A stretch of DNA of 49,111 nt from assembly GCA_051453625.1 (NCBI GenBank), contig JBOZIK010000001.1:24443599-24492709 (forward strand), written 5' to 3'. The position numbers and the translations under genes are program-made. This document shows positions 37,217-49,111 of the stretch, in pieces. The notes below the pieces were generated by a model. It was not told the origin of the DNA. It searched no databases and saw only the letters and a program-made list of their open reading frames with translations. Origin of the DNA: Welwitschia mirabilis (taxonomy: Eukaryota). The number at the start of each line of letters is the position of its first letter. Position 1 is the first letter of the stretch.

Positions 37217-40200
37217 TCTTCAACTCACCCTAGAAACAAAGGTCATGTGATGATGCATGAGATCATCTTCGAATCCCATAACTAAGGTCAAACATAAAAA
37301 GGAATCATCTTGGTGGATCGACATTGATAACCCTTAATTATGGAATATTGTTGCCTATTAACCATACAAGATGCATGGGGATTCTCTTGCATGATCAGTA
37401 ATACAAGATGAAAGATGAAATGAAGTAAATTATTGAAATACACATTTATGATTTAAACTAATTTCTTTGTCTATTGGTCTTGTATGGACTTTAACATTGA
37501 TTATTACTACAATTGGAAATATTTCCTACTTTTCCCCAACCTTTTATGAAATTGAATCTTGGATTTACAAAGTAAATCCTTTGACAAGATATTATAATAG
37601 AAAAGTACATGATTTTGGAAATTTCATATGCCCTAGAACATTTCTTACAATTAGATAAATGAGCAATATTATAATATAACACTCATCCTATGGGTTGAAT
37701 GATCAAGTTCAAGTCAACAAGTTCAATGAAGAATTAAATGTTCACTACATTATAAGTATGGGCATGTATACATAAATGTTTATAAGAAAGACAATATCAT
37801 AAAGTTAAGTTACAAAAACATGTTATTGTCAGCTTTCGAATTCAATGACAAGTAAGTTCAAATAATGAAATATTGACTACATCATAAGTATAAATGTTCG
37901 TAAGAAAGACAAGATCATAGAGTCAAGATTTAAGTTACAAGAACATGTAATTGTCAAATTTAGAATTAAGTGCTAGCTTAATCAAAGTTGAAAATAATAG
38001 TAAATAGTAACTACATAATAACATGTTATGAAGAAATCTAATGTTTTGAAATAACATGATTATTGGAAATGACATAATCATTCAAGAGATATAAGAAACA
38101 TGAAACAATAATATCATTACATGCTTTCATGCATCATCACACATCACTTTAATATATTCCAGTATGATTATGTAATCTAGAGCATACAAAGTGATAATTA
38201 AGTTACACGTCCACAATAGATACTACATACACATCAAGTGATAACGTTACATTTCTGCAATGGATGTTAGAAGCATGTAAAGTTGTGACTCTATGAAATA
38301 CATGACATTTTATTTAGCAACTTCTTAGGTTCTATGAAAAATATGTCATTAGTGTCTTTATAGTAGAGAACATACCAATTGAATTATAAATCATCGGCTC
38401 ATAACATATGCATCTACATTTAGTTAAATAATATGGACTTAAAATAAACAATAATGCAATATAACACATCAAAAAAATAAGAAAATGGTGACAAAAATGG
38501 GTTTTATTAATAAGCACAACATTTCATAAAAACTAGTACCATAAAGCAAGAACCCTTTTCCAATACTTTGTATATTTGTTATAATGCAAATGAAGTTCTT
38601 GATAATAAATGAAACAATCATATTCAATTATATACATTAAATTGTGATTATTCTAAAATATATATTTATAATACATATTAATATAACTTGTCATCCCAAA
38701 TATGGCAAGTAAATTAAGTGAAATTTGATTCAACTTCTCATGGTGGTATGATGTTAAGAGTAAAAAATTACAAAGATAGATAAAAATCGAAAATTGCATC
38801 CTTTCATATTAAAATTAAAACTACTGACTTAAGATAATTGTGACAACTGTTAAAACTACAATAATAGGTAAAATTGAGAGTTACAACTTTGCAAGTTACA
38901 ATTGAAACTATTGACTTAGGATAATAAGCATAATTATTAATAGTGTAGGTATACGATTTCAAATTTTCTAACAAATGTTAAATGAGGAAAAATGTAGAAA
39001 AAAATCAACAAAAGAAAAAAATAAAAATTAAAGAGCTTCACTTATAAATCTTATTACACGTTGCATTATTAAAAAATAGAAAATAACAATGTTAAAAAAT
39101 GGAACTGTCAACATGATGAGAATAAGGTATAAAAAATATTTCATATTTTTATGAAGAATACTTGACACATGTTCAAATTTCTTTAATATTATTTAAAAAA
39201 AAAGAAAAACAAGAAGATTGTTTACAAGACTTTGCTGAAGGAAAAGAAGTAAAATGTTGGTTTGATGTGGAATGTCATAGAATTTTACCAAAGTTAGGTA
39301 ACAACAAATAAAACAAAAGTTTTTGACATTCATTTTAAACACACAACATGAAGATACTTGGAATACTACATTAAAAATGCATGTGATATGAATTGGTACT
39401 TAAAGATAAGAGAGGCATAACTCAAAAAAAGACAACAGGACTTTTTGGTATTAGATGTTAAAGCCCATAAAGATCAAACCAAATAAAGAAGTGAAAAAAT
39501 ACTTAAAAAAATGTTCGAGACTTACCATATATTATGTGTTATTGAAAATGCTTAAATGCTTCAAATTGTCTCTATGAATGTAACATGTTGACTTGTATAT
39601 ATGTGTTTGGAAGGTCCAACATGCAATGTTGAGAGATAAGATCACAGTGAATAAAGCTATATGGAAGCATAATATATTCATGCATTATTAGTTTATATGC
39701 TCTTGTTGATAAAATCCTAGTTTTGATGATTCTAGTTGTCAAATGTGATGTGTTTAATAAGCAGACAGGGTAATTGTTGAACACCTCAGTGGCAAATAAG
39801 GATCAAGGTAGTCAAACCTCAAAGCTCAAAGTTCATGAAGGACAATCAAAATTGACTAAAGATCAAGCAACTCAAGCAAGTTTGACCAAGATCAAGCAAG
39901 TTTTACATAATGAATTTGTGATATCTAAGGATCAGAGATATAGCAACTCAAGGCTTATTAAAATATTGGTAGTTTGACTAAGATGTCTTTTAGGATGAAG
40001 ACGTTTTCCTGATAGAGACGTCCACTGCATTAAAGACATCTATCCCAAAAAATTGACGAAAAATAAAATAGTCGATGAATGATCAAAACTTAGCCATTTA
40101 TAGCCATTGCATGGCTTTTAAATGTTTTCAAATGACTATTTTACTATGATAAAGGCAAAGAAGACATCTAAAGTATAAAAAGCAAAAAGTGTTAATGAGA

Positions 40201-40859
40201 AAAGGTTACTCAATTTGAGTGATTGATACTATACATGGAGATTTTTGTGTCCTTGATGAAGGAAACCATTTACTAAAGACATTGCTTGATCATTGGCCCT
40301 TCCACAGCTACATAACTCTGATATTGGATGCTCATGGATAACTACAACAAAGTGACATCTTATAGGATTGTTGTTTCTTTTGTTAAGCATTATTTGTTGG
40401 CATTTCATTGTAAGACTATCAGATTATTGAATTCATTCTTTATAGTCCATAACTTGAGGATCCCTTGCTTGAGATTCCAAAGTGTAAGGCAAACCTTGTA
40501 TAAGTGTGCTTTCTTAAGTGCTTAAGAACACCACTTGATTATTGTCTACTGTAATCCCTAAGGGAAAGAGAGTGCTACCTTACAAGGAGCATCTCATTTG
40601 TATGTAAGGTTGGTAGTGCTCCAAAACCACTGTCTTGCAAGTTAAGGATATTCAGAGGTGTGAAGGGAAGCTACCCTCTGTGTGTGGATGTACCCAAATT
40701 AGGGACTCACATTAATTTGGTAAGGTCTTTATTGTGTATTGTTATTTGATTTTATTTGACATTTTTATTTTGTAGATCTCATTCACCCTTCCCCTCTAAG
40801 TTCAACGATTCTCAAGTGGTATCAGAGTAGGTACTTACAAAAGGAGTAACATGCTTGTG

Positions 40860-42150
40860 AATTGTGGAAGGGGTGCCATTTGTCAGACCTCCACTCTTGA
40901 ATGGGACCGATTATACCTATTAGAAGATGAAGATGTAAGTGTACTTATAATCATATGAGTTTCAAGTTTGACAAAGCAATGAAAATGGATACTAAAGACC
41001 TACAGAAATCATTATAGATGTTGCAAGGAACTCCATCACATAAATCAAACCTAAAAGGAATAGGGAAAACAAAGAAAAGGTATATGACTCAAAGGCGAAG
41101 AATGCTCTTTACTAAGCCCTTATAATGGACGAATTCAACTAGATAGCTAGATGCAAAACAACACAAGAGATATGGAATGTTTTGATGGGAACACATGAAG
41201 GAACCTCCATTGCTAAGTAGTCAAAGCTTCTTATCTAGACCAATCAGTTTGAAAACCTGAAGATGAATAATGAAGAGAGAGTTCATGAGTACTTCACAAA
41301 GGTCTTCAACATAGTGAATGCCATACGTGGCATTAGTGAAAATTTTCTAGAGGACAAAAAATTTCTCAGATCTTTAACTCTAGAATTCAAACTTAAAACA
41401 ACAACCATGGAAGAATCAAGAGACTTTACAACAATGAAGATTGAGGAATTACAAAGTGCTCTAGCAACATAGGAGATGAATCTTATTCAAGATGATGCTC
41501 TAAAGGAGAAGCCTATCACTCTTAAAGCTAGTAAAAACCAAGGTAAGCTTCCAAACATAAAACACAAGAAGTGTCAAATGGAGATGACTCTAAAGATGAT
41601 GTGGAAGACGAACTTGCTTTCATTACAAGGTGAGTCAAAAAGCTTCTCTCATGAAAGAACAACAGGAAGAACAACTACAAAAAACCATTCAGATTTTAAT
41701 CCAGAGGTTGGGGTGATGATGAGGATGTAACTAGAGTAGAGACCTCTGATGATGAAAGAGCTCATCCATCTTAATGTCCATTGTGCATATCGAAAGTAAC
41801 AATGAAAAAGAAAAAGGAGAATCTGAATTCGAAAGTGAAGGAGAAACAGGTATAGACTTCAAGATAGGTATGAATTAATTTCTGAGGAGTTCATTAAGTT
41901 GTAAAAAGGTATGTTCTAGAATGAACAAATTGCTCCATTCTCATGAATTAGCATATGAACATGAAAAAGGTTCTTACAATAGATTATCATCTTAGAACTC
42001 AACTCTTAAAACTGAGATTAGTAAGCTAATGTGTGAATTAAAGAATGTTAGACACAAACTTGCTGATACTAAAAGAATCAATGAAAAGTTCACCCAAGGG
42101 AAAGAGACCTTGAAACATCATGCTTGGATAATGCAAAAGTCCAATCTGAC
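40860..42150 (+). pseudogene. Sirevirus-type gag, disrupted
   Basis: RPPLLNGTDYTY*KMKM, KAKNALY, CKTTQEIWNVLMGTHEGTS, FENLKMNNEERVHEY...KFLRSLTLEFKLKTTTMEESRD. Confidence 0.88.
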
Positions 42151-42827
42151 ATTATGAGTTGAGATATTAGCTAGAACATAGACAAGTTTTTCATGTGCAT
42201 GTTACCTTATCATTCTTTCAAGATGTGGTAGTCTAATCTGATATTACCTATAGAAGATCTCAATGTTTTTATTTTGCAGGAAAAATGTCTTTTAAGTAGT
42301 AAACGTCTAAGTTGGAGACATCTTCAGATTGTAGACGTCTTTGAGATTTTATGCGTCTTTGAAGCTTAGATATCATTTTATTAATTCAGTTGTTTTTCAA
42401 ATTAGACATATTTTTTTATACAGACATCTTTTTGACACATAAGTAATCATTAAAAATCCTTATCAACAGACATCATTAGATTTAATAGATGCTTACTTTC
42501 ATCGTCTTAGACATATTTGAAGCAGTAAATGTCTTTCACCTTGTGTATCCAAAATTAAAACGCATGCCAAAACAAGAGTTTTTAACCCTTTTTATTCAAA
42601 AAAGGGACCACCATCCCTCATTTTCAGTCCTCCACTAAGCAAGTGTGCTCATCAGGGTACTCTATAGCCTAATTTTTCTCAGATCCCTTAGCATAGAAGT
42701 CTTCGATTGGAAAGAAGTCTCCACAACCAGCAAATTAGGTGCTATTTTCTTTGATAGGTGCCCTTTTTTGTTGGTTCTTTTATATTTTCTTATTAGAGTT
42801 CAATTATTTTTGTCTTTTACTTTCCCA

Positions 42828-44200
42828 ATGGTGAGGAGAAAGCTCTCTGGTGATTCAAAAGGAAATCAACTTATCACTGAAACATAAAGACCTTAGTATG
42901 AACCACAATTTTATTATGAATTAGTAGCAAAATCGTTTAAAATGTGAACCAGGAACTCTATTATTACAGAAAAGAACCTCAGTTTTCAAAAATATAGGAA
43001 AGATCAACTTCTTTCTTACTTCTATTGTTTTGGTTGGGATATGGCAGTTCAATTAGAGCAAAGCATTCCAAACCCAGTTGTTTGTGAGTTCTATGCCAAC
43101 ATTCATGAAATAGGTGATACCACTGGCATGTTTTAGACCCAAGTAAAAGGTATTTCTCTCTTTCTTACACCCAGTTTTATCAATTCTTTATTTGATATAG
43201 ATGATTTAGATCTTTCTTAGTTGCATATGCATTCATGACATTCGTTAAGCAATGTTATTTTTGAAATTCAAAGATGAATTTTTATGAGAATGTGGAACGC
43301 AAAGACATGATACCTAATGCATTAATTTTGAGTTTGCCTACATTCTATACTATACTGATTTGCGATGGTAGCTATAGCTATTGTAATCTCATCTAGACAT
43401 TTGTGATGTACTTCTTCTTACAAGAATCAAAATTGATATTGGCTTCATATTGTGCATGGATATCATTAGTCTCCTTCGTAAGGGTTAGATTTTGGGTCAT
43501 CCTTATTTGATTAGCCTGATTATTAGCAATGTCAGTATATCAGTTTCGTAGGTTAATCTTATTTAACCCAAAAAGCCGTTTCAGAGTTCAGTGAAAGCAG
43601 CAAGCTCTAGTGTAGGCAGGTGAAGGCACAGCAATGTTATTTTTGGGCATTCAAAGATGAATTTTCATGAGAATGTGAAATGCAAACACATGATACCTAA
43701 TGCATCAATTTTGAGTTTGATTACATTCTATAATAAACTCATTTGTGGTGGTAGCTACAACTATTATAATCCCATGCAGACATTTGTGGTATACTACCTT
43801 CTTATAGGAATCAAAATTGATCTTGGCTTCATATTGTACATGGATATTGTTACTCTCTTTCATAAGGATCATACTTTGGGTCATCCTTGTTTAATTAGCC
43901 TGATTATTAGCAATGTCAGTATATCACTTCCACAGGTTAATTTTATTTGACCCAAAAAGCCGTTTTTAGAGTTAAATGAAAAGCGTCAGGCTCCAATGCA
44001 AGTAGGTAAAGGCACAAGCAGAGACCTTCCAAGGCACAATTTCAAAGCTTATATTCCATACCCACTCAGTTTCTCATCAGTGAAGAAGGGTCTCAAGGTG
44101 ATTATGAAAATGGTGGGCAAGATTGATAGTAATCTCTTGAGATTGAAGAAGCACGGGTATGCAGCCAGTGAGGGAGAGGCACCTATAGATAGTTGGTAAT
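42828..44200 (+). pseudogene. Extra 'env-like'/ORF3 remnant of the Sirevirus-like element
   Basis: Lies between gag and the 3' LTR; PVVCEFYANI (~43075) and GIKIDLGFIL...LGHPCLISLI resemble extra-ORF motifs of SIRE/Athila elements. Confidence 0.6.
43248..44018. repeat. Diverged 382-bp tandem duplication within the env-like ORF
   Basis: AGCAATGTTATTTTTG..ATTCAAAGATGAATTTT.ATGAGAATGTG... at 43248 and 43630. Confidence 0.9.
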
Positions 44201-47200
44201 CCATGAGGACTCCCACTTGGTCTAATTCAGAGGAGGAGTTTAAGGCAGAGGCATCACCTGCACCTTGTACTATAGGTTACAATTTAGGTAGACTCGAGGA
44301 TTTAGATTCATCAAAGTCCACAGAGGAGGAGTCACATCTTTAAGGGGAGCACTAGGCTCTAGCACAAGCATAGGAGGAGCACCAAGCTTCATCATAGGTT
44401 CTAGCACAGGCACAAGGGGAGCAACAGGCAGACTTAGAGAGCTCTGATGATAAGCCTCCTATCTTTCACATGCATCGTCACAAACTACCCATTCGCCATC
44501 CCACACGACCACCTTTATCGCCTTGTATACCTTTGCCACCTTGTCTTCCGTCACCTCCACCACCTCTCACATTTTTCATTCATGCACTAACTCTTAGCAT
44601 TACTCCACCTTAGCTTTTGGTTTTGTGGAGACTGCTCTTGCTAGTCTCTTTGACACATCCATCACCTTTCAGACGTACTTGTGTATGAGGAGACAAGCTT
44701 CTTAGAGCCATGGTGAAACATCATAGTGGCCGTTCCAAAAATGGCATACACCTCCATGGCCATCTCGGAAATGGCATACACCTCCACCTACATCATCTTT
44801 TTCGTACGCCATCTAGACCTCTACTACTAGGGATAGTGACTATGATAACAACAATGCAGAAGATGGCACTTATTATACTAGTGATTTGACCCTTAATGAC
44901 TAGTTCCTTTTGTGCTTTCCAAAAAGGTGGAGAAGATAGGCAAATCAGATTGGACCATAATGGACATCCTACATGAGTTTAAAGGATGTGGACTTGAGAT
45001 GGGTGGATTGAACTTCCTTTGAGTAACACCATTGTTGATGCTCACTTTCACGTGTTGGCATACATTTCATAATGCTTTTTAATGATCTTTTATTCTTCTC
45101 TATCTATTGTTAAACTTCTTTTAATATGCAATATAAATTGTGTTTTGACATGTATCTAGCAATTCAGTATATCAGCACTACTACTTGTTTACTATCTTGC
45201 AATGATTATCAATGTGGTTCTCAAATGATTTCACTTTTTGAAATTCTTAAAATGACTCATGCAAGACATTGTATTTCTTCTTGGATTAAGTTATCTTAAG
45301 TAAAATTTGAAAATTGCACTAATGAGATTTTCCAAGTTTTGAACATCAATAAAAGGGGGAGATTGTTGGTAAAATTCCATTTTTGATTATCCCACTTGTC
45401 AAATGTGATGTGTTTAATATGCAGACATGATAGTTGAAGACCACCTGAGTTGCAACGAGGGATCAAACCAGTCAAACTTCAAAGCTCAAAGTACTATGAA
45501 GATTCAACTCAAAGTTCATGAAGAACAAACAAAATTGACTGAAGATGTCTACATATCTAAAGACATTTATTATAAAGACATCTGCTATCTTGAAGGCATC
45601 TAGGATGAATTTGAAATTATTAGAGGTGAAAGGCATCTATATTAACAAAGACGTCTATATTGAACCAAGGAGCTGAAATAGGTAAAAGACGTTTAGCAAA
45701 CTAAAGATGTTTATACTGCTTCAACTGTTTGAAGACGTCTACTGAATCGAAGACGTCTACTTAATTTGGGTGATTGACACTACACATAAAGATTTTTGTT
45801 TTATGCCCTTGATGAAGAGAACCATTCACTGAAGACATTGCTTGATTATTGATCCTCTCACAACTATAGAACTCTGATCTTAGATACTCGTAGGTAACTA
45901 TAAGAAGGAGAACTCAAGCATTCTATCAAAATGACATCTTATAAGCTTCTTGTTTCTTTTGTTAAGCATTGTTTATTGGCACTTCATTGTAAGACTCTCA
46001 AATTATTGAATTCATTTTTTCTAGTTCATAAATTGTTAGGATTCTTTGCTTGGGATTATAAAGTGTAAGACAACCCTTGTATGGATGTGCTTCCTTAAGT
46101 GCTTGAGAGCACAACTTGATTTCTGTCTACTGTAATCCCTGAGAGGAAGAAAGTGCTGCCTTGTGAGGAGCATCTTATTTGTATGTAAGGTTGGTGGTAC
46201 TCCAAAACCACTGTTTTGCAGGTCAAGGATATCTAGAGGCGTAAAAGGAAGCTACCCTCTGTGAGTGAACATACCCAAGTTAGGGAACCACGTTAATTTC
46301 GTAAGGTTTTTATTGTGTATTTTTATTTGATTTTAGTTGAGATTTTTATTTGGTAGATCTCATTTACCCCTCCCCTCTGAGTTCAATAATCCTCGACTAT
46401 ATTTCCTAACTAAGAAGTATTGTATTATGTAAATAACATTTGAAAAAATAAGACAAGACAAGACATCAAAAAATTAATATAAAATTCATTTTAAAAAAGA
46501 AATTCTCATTGATAAGCATATCCAAATGTGTTATAGATAGTGTGTAGATGCTATAAAACTGATGTATGAAACACTTTCATGTAGGTTCCCATATTAAGAT
46601 ATACAGATAAATGAGAGAATGTAGAAGATAACTGAGAGAATAAGAGTATGAAACATAGCCATGTAAATGATGGATAAACCCTAGACTTATTAAACCTTTT
46701 ACCTAAAAGTTCTTGTCTCATAAAGCAACAAAGGAGAGTCGTTATAAGTTTTTAGGAGAATTATACAACTTAGACTTCGACAATTCCAAGTAGCAGTATA
46801 TGCTTTAAGTAATGAGAAAAGATCTATTAGTTCCTTATCCTAATGGTTCCCAATTCAAATTCAAATGTTGGTAATTTCTTTTTTGAAAATGAATTAGATA
46901 AAATCAATTATTGATTGGACTTATGCATAATCTAGGATAAAATATATAAAATTCTAATGAAAATAAGAACAACTATACAACCATACATTGATATTTAGTA
47001 TAGAATACTACCCATTTAAGGAAGAATTAATTTGCTAGCAATTCAAATCAAGTGATAAAAAATAAAGTCAACATGCATCATATTGAGGTGTTCATTTGGG
47101 GTATCAACCATGCTTGTTGAAAATCTGCATTGTTATCTTGTAATGCTAAATTACTCCATTCATTATGTATATTGTTGTATTTAAAAATAGAAGAAAAAAG

Positions 47201-48512
47201 ATATAGCTTGTGAAGGGGAATTTCATTTCATTAACAACTACATGTGAGCTCTTAGTGCTATTAGGTTTTGTAAGAAAAGCCCCTTACCCTCTTTGTTTGG
47301 GTTGTCATTATCTCATTGCCATTTCAAAGATAAAATCTACTATGCTCTCAAAGTCATTTGCCTTTGTTTGGTTGATAGTTTTTGAAATTGAAAATGTAGG
47401 AGTTTTGCATTGCTCTTGTTGAGAATATAGGATATAAAAAGACTTAGGATTTACTTTATCTAAACAGAAGTAATTTAACTTACTAAAATAAAGTACGAGA
47501 TAGAATACCATAAAGACTAATTGTGAAGTTTGAGCCCTTTAGCTATCATTCTTAACCTATATAATGATGCTATTTCACAATGGATCACAATAAAGCTAAA
47601 ATCAATTGAAAATAAATTATTAAAATGAAGTTTAGTGTTTTTTGAATATTTATGAGAATGCATTACGTATTTCTAGATTTGCTCCGTGAAGTTGTAAAAT
47701 ACATCAGAGCAAGGTTAGCATCTTATGAGGTTCTACTACTTCCACATTTAATACGTTAAGTTGAGTATTATGATAAATAAGATGAAAAACAAGGTTCCTA
47801 GCTTAGCACAAGCCTTTCTCTAGTTGAGTGATATCAATAAGTTCAACATTAATCAATGGAAGAAAAAACAAAATAAGTAAATGAAAGACTTAAAACGAAG
47901 ATCCAAATGAAGCAATCACATAGAAAGAGCTAGACAAATCAAGAAAATTAAGTATAGTACAAGGGCAAATCAAACATATGTTAAAACCTTAAGATCTCTC
48001 TATATGTTCCATGTGTGCTTTCTTTTTGCTTTCTCTATTTGCTATTTCACTGTTATTTCTTAACAACATCCACAAAGCACTTTCCCCGAGTCTCTTTTCT
48101 TGCTCTTGAAATCATTTGTTCTTTCTTTGGGGTCCCAACAAAGGGATTAACCCCACAAATTCTGTGAAGCCTATTATAAAGATCTTTCCCCTTAGAAAGC
48201 TTTATGAAAAAAATACATTTTCCATTAGAACCTATTAGCTCAATTTTAGGTCTAAAGTTACTTTAATGTATTTGAAGTCTAATAGCCTCTATTTTGATTC
48301 ATTAACCATTAGATCTAAGATCTAAGCCACCATGAAGTTAATTTTGTCTTGACTTAGCTCCTATTTTCTCATTTGATGGTTATGATGTTGAGACTAACAT
48401 ATAGCGTGTGCAAAGCATACTTCGTTCAACCTCTGTTTATTGAGAGCTTCATTTTAACTTTGTAGCATGCCATTGTCGGTCACAATTTTAGTTAACAAAT
48501 TGTCCTTGTAAT

Positions 48513-48775
48513 AATCAGTGTTGATCTGATCTGAATGCCATATTTTTCTCCTTTTTTTGTGCTTATCCTCATTCCATTTTCTATGCCTTGATAAGATAAG
48601 TTGAAAATCAGTTTTGATCTGATTTAAATACCATATTTTTCTCCTTCTTTTGTGCTTATCCTTATTCCATTTTGTATGGCCTGATAAGATAGGTTGAAAA
48701 TCAGTTTTGATATGATTTGAATGCCATAATTTTCTCCTTTTTTTGTGCTTGTCCTCATTCCATTTTGTATGCCCA
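48513..48775. repeat. 93-bp minisatellite, ~2.8 copies
   Basis: AATCAGT.TTGAT.TGAT...CCATA.TTTTCTCC.TTTTTGTGCTT.TCCT.ATTCCATTTT.TATG at 48513, 48606 and 48699. Confidence 0.9.
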
Positions 48776-49111
48776 AAAGTTATCAATTTTTGTTTAGAAA
48801 AGGAGGAAGACATCTATTTAAATTGCATGTAGAGTGGACACAAAGTGATAAGACAAGACAAAAGATAGAGACAACATAGAAGTCCCTCAGAGGAGGAGAA
48901 AATTGAAAGGCCAATTTCATGTTATTGTGCAGAAGAGAAAAGATGGGCTTGTGATAACAGTTCCCTATGAAGAGAGCATTATCAAACAGTTGATGTAGAC
49001 AAGCTAATAAAGATTTGCATTTGGCAAATGTACCCTTCTTGATGTGAATCTCAAGTTTTTTTTAATTGAATGAATTGATATTAATTTAGATTCATTTGTT
49101 TCTATCTCCAT

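Larger units (their letters stand above)
39704..46395 (+). mobile_element. Non-autonomous Sirevirus (SIRE/Maximus copia)-like element lacking pol
   Basis: ~1.0-1.1-kb LTRs 39704-40814 and 45364-46395, PBS TGGTATCAGAG at 40817, PPT AAAAGGGGGAGAT 45351-45363 and an upstream PPT-like copy (~44919), decayed TSD GCTCT/ACTAT. Confidence 0.9.

Overview
AT-rich, repeat-saturated plant nuclear DNA from a draft assembly with N gaps; I found no intact host gene. From left to right: a decayed minus-strand L1-type LINE (1-~6400); then a block present twice (copy A 9606-~20600, copy B 26066-30020). The block is a Ty3/gypsy (probably Tat-lineage) LTR followed by a patchwork of host gene fragments in mixed orientation: WSD1-like wax ester synthase, clade-A PP2C, F-box(/kelch) and actin, plus a PB1-domain fragment in copy B only. 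Copy B keeps a tRNA-Asn PBS and a gag remnant. Copy A is much more C>T/G>A decayed and carries two nested insertions, a full-length copia (10410-16428) and a 1.6-kb non-autonomous LTR element (18391-19972); both empty sites are visible in copy B. Further right are a second decayed copia, an opposite-strand copia gag stub, a plastid-derived trnfM/trnR(UCU) fragment in non-standard order, a probable gypsy remnant, a pol-less Sirevirus-like element (39704-46395) and a 93-bp minisatellite. All family calls come from motif recognition and by-eye alignment; no database searches were run.
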